DNA of 63,681 nt, counting the filler, from Bigelowiella natans CCMP2755 (Eukaryota; Protista; Cercozoa), in assembly GCA_000320545.1 (NCBI GenBank). It is 8 parts of 8 records of this genome, joined end to end, with 100 filler letters (N's around TTAATTAATTAA, not from the genome) between each part and the next. Parts side by side here need not be neighbours in the genome. Positions count along the whole stretch, not along the records: positions 23,461 to 47,573 come from ADNK01002548.1; positions 47,674 to 50,255 come from ADNK01002383.1; 6 more parts are not named here. The stretch is one strand, 5' to 3'. The translations under genes and the position numbers were made by a program. Under the pieces are notes generated by a model. That model searched no databases and was not told where the DNA came from. It was given only the letters and a program-made list of their open reading frames with translations. Below, piece after piece: positions 37,937 to 50,255 of the stretch. The number at the start of each line of letters is the position of its first letter. The stretch's first letter is position 1.

Positions 37937-39165
37937 TTAGCCCTCTGGGCGTGGCATCTCAATGATGTTTTGCTGGTCGTCGTTCCCGGATTCACCCTTG
38001 AGACAGAACATGTAGACGAGGAATCCGATCAAAGGTAGGCCCAGTCCTAGTGGAAGGCCAATAGCGAGACCTAGACAAGTACTATCGCAGGCCGGGCTAT
38101 CGTCTGAGCTACTGCTACTGCTAGCCACAACTACAGTGGGCACCCCGTAGGCAGCGGTGTCGAAACCATTGGTAGGAGAGAAAATAGATGTGGATCCAGC
38201 GGTTGTCGTAACCGACGACTGAAACGCGGTCGCGGCTTCGGCGTTTGCAAACGTTACGGAAACATCTGCAACCACGGAACCCAGACGCACGTTGGAGACG
38301 GTTGCACAATCAGAAGGCCTTCCCAGGGAGTAACAAACTGCGAAGGCGATATTGTTCTGGAACGTTGTGAGGGCTGTGCCCGTAGGCACTGTACTTAGCG
38401 AGCTGAAAGTAGCACTAAAAGTTTCAACTGGAGAACCTTCCGATACGGTGGGTGCCAAGGTAAAAGTAGGGAGACCGGTCGGAGTAGCTGTAGGTGATGA
38501 TGTAGTAGGCGAGGTGGTTGTGCCGGGTACTGTGGGCATAGAAGTAGGACTTGCTGTAGGACTTCCTGTAGGGCCAGCAGTTGGGGCCGACGTTCCAGCA
38601 GCAGGGCTAGCACTTGGGGCCATAGATGGGGCCGACGTTACAGCAGCAGGGCTAGCACTTGGGGCCATAGATGGGGCCGACGTTACAGCAGCAGGGCTAG
38701 CACTTGGCGCCGAGGTTGTAACAGCAGGGCTAGCACTTGGGGCCATAGATGGGGCCGACGTTCCAGCAGCAGGGCTAGCACTTGGGGCCGAGGTTGCAAC
38801 AACAGGGCTAGCACTTGGCGCCGAGGTTCCAGCAGCAGGGCTAGCACTTGGGGCCGAGGTTGCAACAACAGGGCTAGCACTTGGGGCCATAGATGGGGCC
38901 GAGGTTGCAACAACAGGGCTAGCACTTGGGGCCGAGGTTGCAACAACAGGGCTAGCACTTGGGGCCGAGGTTGCAACAACAGGGCTAGCACTTGGGGCCA
39001 TAGATGGGGCCGACGTTCCAGCAGCAGGGCTAGCACTTGGGGCCGAGGTTGCAACAACAGGGCTAGCACTTGGGGCCATGGATGGGCTAGCACTTGGGGC
39101 CATGGATGGGCTAGCACTTGGGGCCATAGATGGGCTAGCACTTGGGGTAGTTGTGGCGCCTTCAC
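37937..39165 (-). CDS. Last exon of a mucin-like type I membrane protein (SAPSASP/TxSPT repeats, TM helix, short tail)
   Basis: 396-aa ORF with a minisatellite-encoded Ser/Thr/Pro/Ala stalk (~38590-39146), then LGLAIGLPLGLGLPLIGFLVYMFC. CAG acceptor near 39166; upstream exons not resolved. Confidence 0.8.
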
Positions 39166-41123
39166 CTGGTGTTTTTGAAATAGAATGAAAGTAGAAATAT
39201 CATGTTGCTGGGGTCACATCGTGACTAAGATCGTGCAGGCGATCAAGTTGCCACACTCATTTTAAATGAAGGCTTACCAAGTGGGAGCAGGAAAAAAACT
39301 AAGAGTGCCGACAATGTCATCTGAATTTTTGAATAGAGTTCTGCATCAGGTAATCTTGAGAGGATGTTGGATATAGAAAAAAGAAAAGAGAGTCTACTAA
39401 CACGTTGCCGGTTTTGCAACTCACAGAAGCACATGGATCGAAAATCAAAGAGTTCATCGTGTCAAACATAACAGGTGTATCAAAAAAGATATAGAACTTT
39501 CATTTCATCAGTAGAATTCCAATCATGGAGACCTCTCTTGTGTACGGTGTGGAAAAGGCGTGGAAAGGATGTGGCTAGGGAGGAGGGAACCTTCAAGTCA
39601 GTAACTCCGTGAAATTTGTAATCCGTTCCAAGCACTATATTTATGAGATAAATTACAAAAACACATCACATTGCACATAAGAGACATAAATCTCTTCTTT
39701 AATTTTGTTAGAAAACAAAGCAACCGAGATAAATCGAGAATAGAAATCTCCACTTTGGTCCTGGAATATCTACTGCAGGAAAACTAAGAAATTGCATGCA
39801 GATTATTTTTAAGCCCTGAAGCGATAACTTGGTTTGAAAAACGGGAAGATGAAGCCTAAAATATAACATATTTCCATTAAAAAACGATTTTTGCGACATA
39901 TTTCCATGAAACTGTTTTCGTTGATCCTAATTTTCAGTCTAAACATGTGTGTTTATTTTTAGTTCCGGTCTGATTGTAAGACCCATATTCCTAAATAATT
40001 CAAAATACATTTCCCATTACGAAACATATTCCGCGTTACGCCGCCTTACAACGATCAAAAAGTAGGCAATATTGACAATTCAGTAGTGTTTTTAGTTTGA
40101 GATATGCATTTAATATTGGCCATTTTATATCTTAAAAACTGGGTAGCTTGTGGCGTCTTTGGACTTTGGAAAGGCCGTTACGGCCATCTCCTCAGAATTC
40201 GCACCAGTACGCCCTACGTTATACAGCCAATGGTGGCTTTACCCGGTTGTAATATTGTTGAAAATCCGTTGTGTAGTTAGTAGTTAGTTGCGCGTCCTCG
40301 GCTTCCCAGCTATGTAGCCCTGCCGAAAAAATAAAATTCCTGATTTCTTTTGGATAGTCTCGAGAGATGCACATCAGCTGTTCATGACGACCTCCGGATC
40401 ATCAGTACATGTAGATCTAGATCTAGATCTAGTCTCGAAAACGTATTTTGCATCGGCAAGGATTCAATGGGAATCTACCTAAAAAAATCAAAGGCATGGA
40501 AAACTCTTCCATGACCTCCTTGTGCTCAAATCATCCGATTTATTTGGGAAATAAAACTACAAAAGAAACAGTATTCTAAAAATGAGACAACTTCTCTACC
40601 ATGTCGCAGATGAAAAAATAGATAATTAAAATCTCAGTGATGGCTGTCCTTCCATAGATCGAAGTGACATCCCGCTGTGTGCGTGGGGCGCCTTGGAAAA
40701 TCAGGTAACTGCTCGATAGCTAAAGTTGCTTGCCATTGCTTTCGTTTGTGTGGAGCATGAGTAAGTTAGATGCAACTGTTCACGAACTTCCGAACGAACA
40801 AAAAAAATCAACCCAATTTACCAATAAGGGGGACCAAACATGATGGCACGAGGGCAACACCACTCGCACGATGGTAAACAAATCAAAAATCAAAAGCTAC
40901 GTGAATAGCAAGGCAGCGTATGATTTATGTACATTTTCAATGAAGCACGTGGACACGGTCATGGAGCTCAGCTCAATAAGGTTCCTCTTTCCGAACTTCA
41001 CTATTATCTCTTACACTTAAACCCACTTACAGCCTTATCGAAACACTGACAACTCGACATGGAATTTCTCGTTTCACGCGAGAATATTTTCTCTCCCTTG
41101 CTCTTGCTCGCTCTCTCACTTTC

Positions 41124-41170
<47 letters not shown>

Positions 41171-41293
41171 CTCTCTCTCTGTTTCTTTCTTCTCATCTCC
41201 CCTAGTTTCCCCTCCCACCGATCTATATTATCGTAGTCAACAAAATTCAAGAAAATGATTAATTTTACATTAGTATATCCACGTTGACATCGT

Positions 41294-41981
41294 ATGACTA
41301 TATCGTCTGACCAGAATGCATGGAACAAGCACTGCGAAACCTATGACAGAGACTCTAAGGATTTTGTCGAGAAGGTTCGTGCGCAACAAGAGCACCTCAA
41401 AAAAAACGATTGAAGTTTCCAAAATCTATGCAGTATCATGTCTAGAGCATAGGGAGAGCAATTCGAATTTCTGAGACGTTATTAAATACTCTTTGAATAA
41501 CAGGCTACCACTACAATGTTTCACGTGCTTAGAAATGCAGGTTGGGGGATTGTTTCTGTAATTATGGCGATGTTCATATTAAACATATTTCTCTCTATTT
41601 TAAAGTTGAGGAATTTAAAGTTGAGGAAGCGTGGGGTGGGGGGCAGGAAAGAAACATCAAGGGATAAGGGAGGAAGGGATGGAGACATTTAACTATCATC
41701 GAATGACAACTATCGAATAAAATCATATAATAGGAATTCCTACCAAGATGCACGCGCAGATGAAGGTCCTCGATTTCGGCGCTGGAACAGGAAATCTTGC
41801 GGTTGTAAAGTCATACAAACTTTTGACTTCCACGTGGCTTCTGTATATCAAAACTTGGCCAGCTACTGACTAGTGCCAATTGAGAACTTGCGAGCCCCCG
41901 ATACTATGCTGCACTACTAAAGGCGAAACCTCAGGACTCTTTTATCTGAAATGCCATACTTTGGCCGCTTGATTTTTATTA

Positions 41982-42020
<39 letters not shown>

Positions 42021-43383
42021 TATATATTTACGTACCAGGTGCCGCTGTTGGAAAGGCTTTGCGGCGAAGTGACAGCCGTTGACGTATCCAAAGGTAGTTG
42101 CGTATCTGGAGTGAAAAACAGGGTTTGTACATTGTCGTTACGTGCAAAGGGAAAAGCGACTCGCATATTTAAAACTACTTACGTACTTACACGATGTTTC
42201 CCCACTGTGGCGAAGCGATATTCCAACTATAGGTTTCTGCATTGCGGCAGCATTTGATGTGTGTCTGAACAAATTGCTGATGCAAACAATTCGTTCTATC
42301 AGGAATGCTCGAATACGCTCGAAAAAAAATGGAGGTTGACGATATAACTGCAGCAACACAATGGCAGCGAAAATCCAAATTTGTGCATAAACTAAGACAT
42401 GGTGACAGTAAATGGAAATGAAATCAAATGCCGTCGCGCACAGCGGAGTGTAAAACAACTTAGGCGAAAAAGCTCGAAGATCGATTTCGCATCATAAACG
42501 CTGAGATAACTGCGGAGGTAAGCGGGAAGTCACTTTGTGCTGAAGCACTAATTTTAACATTTCTCTTTATCTCTCTCTCTCTCTCCCTCTCTCTCTCTCT
42601 ATCTCTCTCTATTTCTTTCTCTCTCTCTTTAGTTCTCTCTCTCTCTCTCCCTCTCTCTCTCTCTATCTCTCTCTATTTCTTTCTCTCTCTCTTTAGTTCT
42701 CTCGATCTCTCTCCCCTTTGTATGAGTTTGCACAATATGCGTGTCTGTTTTTTCTATCATCCATATCCTTACGATGATAAATCTCGTTTCATATCGTGTT
42801 AGCAGAACGTGAAGGCAGGTGTGGAAAATGACATCAAGAAGGACTCTGATCGCTGTCTGTACGTGGAAAAAGAAGGCTACGATATGGTCAGTTATGCTGC
42901 TGAGGGGCAGAGCGCATGCATATTCTGATGCGAGTATAGACTGTAAGCGTATCTGTAAGAGACGAATGTGTCTCCATAGCATTCTAAGCCAGTCAAAATG
43001 TCTTTGAAATCCACGGCGCGGCATAACATCTTGGATTGTTATGATTCGATGGAAACAACATGCATGCTTGATTCTCCAAAAAGTGATCTAGTGATTGCGA
43101 AGAAGGGGTATATTGTTGATTCTAAATCGGAAAGTTGTCCTGCTTGTTTCTTGAGTAGGACTGTTAGCTATCATTTTTAAGGCTTTCCTGCTTAGTCAGT
43201 TAGATGATTTGTTATCAATTAAGGTTTTATGCTCCATGGTCATTCATCACATGCCAGATATGGTAGTTATGCATTTTCTGGTGTTTTCCTTGCCAAGTTG
43301 TGGTTATATGTATTTGATAGTCAAATACACTCAAACACGCACACACACACACACTCTTTTATATTTAAAATATTTTATGTGAT

Positions 43384-43421
<38 letters not shown>

Positions 43422-43782
43422 CGCGACTTTTGTACACATTTACATGCATTATTCATAAATACTCTCAATCCCCAGAAGCACACTGCACATATTGTAGTTT
43501 CATCGTCCAGCACAAGTCCCACTCACTCTAGGACACATCATAGGTAGCAGCCATTAAGATGTTCAAAAGTATGCTGAAGCCAAACGGTAAGCAAGAGCAT
43601 CCTGTTATATATTCTACATGCAGATGGCAAAAATTTATGGTTGGAGAGCGTATCACTTTGTAAAGAACTCGCCACAACAATATATTAGCCTCAGCGAGAG
43701 GTGACCCAAAACGATGGAAATATGCACATATCCAAATAGCTGAAACCCCCAAAAGAAACTTACATATTGTTTGTGCATGATA

Positions 43783-43819
<37 letters not shown>

Positions 43820-44286
43820 TAATATATATGTGTGTGTGTGCGTGTGTGGACATTATGTGATATTTAGGGTTATTGTTTATTTATGAGTTCGAAGCTACAG
43901 ACAACGCGAAAGCGGTGAAGAGAATCGCAAATCGTTCATTTTCCAAATCGTTTCATTAGATTTTTTAATGTCAACATAATCAATACAGTAGTTTAAACAC
44001 TCCCTTCCCCGTTTTGGCAACAGGGCGCATTGAAGGATAAGAAAAAAAGCCATGGCGTATTCCATGCTGGCCTCACCCCGAGGTGAGTTTTCTTACTTAA
44101 GTAACACTGAGTCATATAGTACAGAACCGTTTTCTCCTTCGTTAGCACATTCATGGAGCTCATGCAAGCGGCGGGGTTGAAGACGTTACACTCAAAGGTA
44201 TTTTCGAATGGCTTAGATGAAACATTGGCGTTTGCTTTCCTGCCCACAAACAACAACGTCACGGATATGAAAATCCTTGGAAACTG
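41294..44286 (+). CDS. Class I SAM-dependent methyltransferase, multi-exon
   Basis: Exons: MTISSDQNAWNKHCETYD; MKVLDFGAGTGNLA (motif I); EVTAVDVSK|GMLEYARKK (motif II); HGVFHAGLTP; ELMQAAGL. Confidence 0.75.
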
Positions 44287-44929
44287 ACCCCATGCTCAAT
44301 TTTCAGCATGCTTTTACTTTCGAATTCAAAGACCAGACGATGGACGTCTTAGCTGGTATTGATGAGTGACGAATAAGGGACTGTTGTTTTTTGGAATAGC
44401 AACAGCGCGTGGTTTTATTGCGTGGTTGCGTTCGATAAAAACGTAATCAGGAAGCTCTTTCCTCTCCTATCACCATCTCCACTCCATTAAAATGAGAGAG
44501 CTGATCCTTTCTGAAACCGATACATGGCATACTGCGGCTATAACCGTTGTATCTTACTATGTGCATCAGGTGTTGCCTTCAAGGAGTCGACTTCACGTTT
44601 ATAACTCACACACGAATTGGATATGTCCATTCGATGTTTGGAAGCCAGCGAAGCGCAGGCTTGTACTGTCTGCTTATACGCGCACATGTTTAGGTTGATG
44701 TAGGAACGTAGCATTCTACCTACTTAGGCATCCTACTTATCAAAATTTGTGTATTCGCCACCACATGTATATTTATGTTATTAACAATTTATATTGCTTG
44801 TGCTTCGAACAGTAAATTTAATGGCATCTTCACTCGTCACATTTGAGAGTGGCCTTTTGATGTTGCGAGATGAAGTTCCTTTACTTACTTTTATCATAGC
44901 GTGAAACGCCTTTTTAGTCATGTAAGTTG

Positions 44930-45640
44930 CATTTGTTAAAAAACAGCACGTATTGATGTGTACATAGCTCCGGAGCTAGCTAGCCAGCATCAATTGCACA
45001 CATTCGTCCTATAGTTCATTTCTTACATCATTAGCGCTGCACAACTTAACTCAACTTATCGGTCTAGCAGTGCCTGCACTAGCTAGCCAGTGCATTGCTA
45101 GATTGTGTCATGCCAGCATGCGTTTTGCACACGTCTAGACGTACACTCTATGTGCTAGTGTGCTCAGCTAGCTAGTGCGTCCACATCACTAGCTAGCTGG
45201 ATCAGTGTATACTCATGATTGCATGCCTTTTCAGGTCTAGCTAACTAGTGATGCAGACGTGCTAGCATGTCTAGATGTGCAGAATGCAACGTCAGAATGA
45301 TGCGCGTCCAATCAGTTATTTGCCGCACGTGCGCATTGAACCCGCGAATCTTCTTGTCTAGGAAGGCTAGAGAAGGCCAGCATTTCTAAACAAACTTTGA
45401 CACACTAGCGCACTGCTAGACTGGTACGTGCAATTGTGTCATGTTGACTGTTAGATTGAAGGTGAAAACACACAACGCAATCAACCAGCCAAGCAATGCA
45501 CTGATGGTGTCACACTCTTTCAAAATGTCTAGATGTCTAGATGTGTGCAATGCGCAATCAATCCTGCTAGCCTGTTTGAAAACGCTAGTGATCATCGGTC
45601 GACATTAAATGCCAGGTGGTTGGCACCTTAATGTGCTGTG
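44930..45640. repeat. Small TpA-depleted, CTAG-rich island (eroded repeat or TE remnant)
   Basis: Dense gctagc/tctaga/actag and tgca/catg with few non-CTAG TAs, unlike the flanks. Confidence 0.65.
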
Positions 45641-47230
45641 CGCCGAGCTGGTCACATTGAATCGGATTGGGGTGCTAACTGGCAGAAACAAATAAACGCC
45701 ATTGTAGACATGGCATTGCCCTTGGCAATGCTTAGCCAAAATTTGACATCACACCGCTATTATTTATGCTTTTCTAACTATTCTTTCTACATCGATCTAC
45801 TTTCTCTTATTTACGCCACGGTTATCATCTATAAGCGGAAACCGCTCTCCCTGATCAACACAAAGGCCTTCTCTCAGTCATTGATTCACATAGGCTTTGC
45901 AATGAGGTGGCGAGTAATCACACCATTCATGCAAGGAAATAGCAATAGCGAACACTGCTACATCGGGAGAAAATGAAATTCTACACTGCACTTCAAGATG
46001 CTCTTCCATGTGGCTTGCCTGCCTTCAATTCATGGAAGTTTGATGTGTGAAATGTTGACAAATCAAAGCATCATTTTTTTGGCTGTTTTCATCGCGAAGT
46101 ACCGTGTCTGCTAATACCTCCAACCCTCCGCCTACCAAAATATTCTTCCGCTCAGAAATGTTTATTTTACCAAGAGACGTACAATTCACTGTTGCTGTCT
46201 CTATGCATATGTCTTTTCGTTGTAATGCTTGTAGGAAATAGGCCATCTATATCTACTCGGCTGGGATATGAGCCGATTTTGCAGGTCAAGTGTAGTAGTG
46301 TGCAGCATACCCTCCGACTTGTTGGCTTCTGCGATCTTGCAGGCAGATTCGTTACAACGCTCAAAGCTCACACACCTTGAATATGAGGCCACACAGAGTC
46401 GTTTGCCTCACTCATGTTTCAAACAACAAATAAACGCTCGAGCGACGAATCGTGCAAAAAAGAAAATCGCAAACGGGAACGCCACGATGCGATATAATAA
46501 TGGTATTCGGCCCAAAAAAATGACGATAATCGTATTCGGCGCATAAAAATGACGATTTCGCATATCATGTTTTATACGCGCTTAGAAGAGGTCAAAGGCC
46601 CCACCCCTTCCCCCCCCCCCCCCCCCTATTGCATTGAAATAGCGCATATTCCACCACCCAACCGTTCCACAACCGAAGGGAGATCATCTACATCTTAACA
46701 GCATCGAAGTACCATAGAGCAGCGTGCTTTGAGGCCCAGCTCCCCGCCCCTTTCACCACACAACAAAGAGAATCATATCAATACGCTGCACTCGTACAGG
46801 CACCGGCAAAAATGCTGACTTATTTCGTCGTTTTGGAGAGCCCCCTCATAGGCGCAAAGGTCGCCCTTCTGCTCGAAAACAACAAATGTATTTGCGTGCC
46901 CTAGCCAAGCCCTGCTGTGGCCTCTCAAACCCCCTCCTAGTGGGTATTAGAGGAGTGTTACTTCGGCGAATCTGTCTAATGACGCGCGCATCGAGCACGC
47001 GCGGTCAGATGCATAAAACAATATACACGATTTTTATTTTTAAAATGTATATGCAAAACTATATCACCATGATAACAACGAGGTTTCTGTGATTGATCTA
47101 CTGCCGGTCTCCAACATAAATCGCCGTCCCTGCAATGGGAATAGCACAATATGTTGTGATCAATCAGATGTTGGAGGCGGGTTGCTATAGCTCAAGCTCC
47201 GTGTATGTGAACGTTCTTTGAAGAAAATTT

Positions 47231-47261
<31 letters not shown>

Positions 47262-47501
47262 ACCCAAAAAAAAACAGGGTAAGGTAGCATAGTATCAAAG
47301 CGGTTACCGATCTATGAAGAGGACTGTGTTTCCTAGTCTGAGAGAGATATGAAAGATGCATCAATATTTTTATATGGTATAGACGCCACGTGTGTGTGCA
47401 GACCTTAATTCCTGATCTTGTTGTATAAACCACCTAAAATCGCAACAACTCTGAATACGTAGAAGCTAAACATTCACAATATAATAACGATTTATGTATA
47501 A

Positions 47502-47573
<72 letters not shown>

Positions 47574-49954
47574 NNNNNNNNNNNNNNNNNNNNNNNNNNN
47601 NNNNNNNNNNNNNNNNNTTAATTAATTAANNNNNNNNNNNNNNNNNNNNNNNNNNNNNNNNNNNNNNNNNNNNCACTTCTTGATCACTTCTTTATTTCCC
47701 CCCCCCCCCCCCCCCCTCCCCCCGCGCGCTTCTCTATCTTTTACTTTTACTTACTGACCCCATAGTCCTCAATAGCTGCCTACCAATTGACTCGGTTTTT
47801 ACTGTTAGCATGCCTTTGCGGAGGTTGAGGGGGGGGGGGGGGAAGGGAAATCAAGCAGTGATCAAGAAGTGCTGATGTGAAACCGGTGAAGATAAAAGTA
47901 GCTTCCCGGGTTAAATCAGCTTGGTAGAGTGTGCGCAACTACTCATCGTCTCCTCCGTCCCATCACGATTCTTCTAGCATGTACAATCTCCACGCAAAAG
48001 TACCCACTATTCGTTCTGGCTACTACCTTCAAATTCACTGGATTTCTGAGAAGCCGAACCCCGCTTGCCCCCCACCCTATCTCGCTGTCCGGCAAAATCG
48101 GTCTGCATCACCATTGTCTTGCCTAAGGATGGAGGGGAGAGGAGGGGGGGGGAGGGGCAGGAAGGTGTGTGTGTATTGCGTGAGATTGCAAGGGGGGGAG
48201 GGCATGGGAGAATGCAGCTCATGCCAAGAAGAAGCTGGAAGTCCCTTATTGCCGTTCAACGACATCGTCGGCATTGTGCACCGTCTCATCATCAGCAGAT
48301 ATTACTGATCTTGGTTTGTGCTATTCTAACACATACATGTGGAAGCTAGACCACTCTATGCATCATCATTTCATCGCATGCCCCTCCGAGGCGCTTTCAT
48401 CAGGGGGAAAAGCAGATTGCGTCATTCGAGGTGCGATGGCCGTTGCACGGCAGCACAGCATAGGAAAGGGCTTCATCATCGGCCCATCAAAGAATGAACG
48501 ACTCACACTTTGGTTCAGAGTCCAATTAAACGTCGATACAGTGACAATAATTATTATTATCATCATTATCACTACCAGCTTGAGCAGCCTGTGCCAAGTC
48601 CTCTGCATCCATGAAGTCCTCGGGGCGAGCCTTGTTCTAGATAGAAGAGAGCATATGTTTAATCGACGGAGGGGGAGAAGGGGGCGAGGGGGGGGAGATC
48701 GGCGGCGGAAAACGCATGATTTGCTGTGAGTACAGGGCGAGTTGTTTAATTAAATTGTACTGCTACGGGGCTTTTTTCCAGAACAACTGGGCGTCTTACT
48801 AAAGCCTATTACAACGGTCTTCAAAACAACCTTATCGGCCCTCTTGGAACGAGACGACACGAACTGCCTTGGTTTCCACCTGGGAAGGGCAAGGCCGAGA
48901 ATATCACCAATCGTTTCGAAAATTGTGGGAGATAGGAGGTTCATTTTAGCGGCGACGTTCATGGATGAAAAAACAGCTGCATGCTGCGCTACAAAAGAAG
49001 ACTCGGAACCAACGCTGCTACATATCACTACACGCCACTACGTACATAATGTTAGATGGATGTGTATTATATGTGCGCAGGTGTGTGCTTGTGTGTGTGT
49101 GACTGTGTGTGTGGTAAGCTGCCCATATATGTTATTTTCTGCTCGCAAACGGAGAGGATGCAATAATCGCATTTTGTAATGCCGTACTACCCTTCTTTCG
49201 ATCCAACAGTATTGAAGTATCCGGCAGAAAAGCCTCCAGTGAAGGCCCCGTGGAACCTGCGCCATCGTAAAGAAAATAATGTATGCGGACAGAGAGAGAG
49301 AAAAATGCAGCCGCTACTTAAACCGGAATTCGTCAACTCGTTTATGTATAATTTAAATTATATCTAGAAGCCAACCTTCGCCTTCCCCGAGCATCCGTGA
49401 CTTCTTGATTCCAGGGCAGTCCTTCATTTCCTTTAGACGTGGCTTGATCCTTCGCTTTTCGCCTCCCGGCCTCCCTTCTCCCTACACGCGCTGTGGGCAG
49501 GTCATCGTCTCCTTTTCCTCCACCTCGCCCATCGCGAGGGACTAACATTTACTGGACGACACGCCGCGGAGCTGGCAGTTCTCCCCCCCCTCGTGCTCCT
49601 TTTCCTCGGTGATCGGACGTGCTTCGCGGCGGGTTCTGCCTCCCGGAATCCATACCGGAACCCATTTGGGCAAGAAATTACCGAGATTTTAACCTAAGCA
49701 ACCTGACTCATTTCAGGGAAATATCACCACGCCGATGCTAGGCCAGTGCATTTAGTGCGACGTTATTTTTACATGAGATCCCAGAATAATCGTAGAAATA
49801 CCTCCCAAATGCAGGCCATTTCGAGTGTGCGCCAGTTCTTTCAGAAGCAGGCCGACAGCCGAGAATATCCAGAAACGCCGTCTGCGTGTCCCCCTGCCCA
49901 ACAACTCACATTTTCTCACGTTTATTCCTTTTCCACAAGCGACACGGCCTAACT

Positions 49955-50086
49955 ATGTCGAGCAGCAATTCAAAGTCGTCCATGATGGCAGCGGGGGCGG
50001 CTGGTGTGGCAGCTGGTGTACTGGGGACTCTGCTGTTCCAACAGCTGAACAGCGATAAACGCAGTATTTGCGGCTCTGCAAGAAAG
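49955..50086 (+). CDS. Probable first exon with an N-terminal membrane anchor
   Basis: MSSSNSKSSMMAAGAAGVAAGVLGTLLFQQLNSDKRSICGSARK|GT followed by a (GA)n intron and a gap. Confidence 0.4.
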
Positions 50087-50141
50087 GTCCGCTCACGTTA
50101 CAACGAAGCCGAAAAGAGAGGGAGAGAGAGAGGGAGAGAGA

Positions 50142-50255
<114 letters not shown>

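Noticed and set aside
38352-39188. Antisense 278-aa GLALGA-repeat ORF
   Set aside because: Shadow of the minus-strand mucin-like repeat exon.
41294-44286. SAM methyltransferase as the enzyme behind the hypermutation
   Set aside because: Looks like a small-molecule class I MTase with no DPPY/NPPY or PC motif seen; proximity alone is not evidence.
47674-47871. ~27-bp inverted repeat plus polyC/polyG
   Set aside because: Starts exactly at a contig edge; probably a fold-back or low-quality end artefact.
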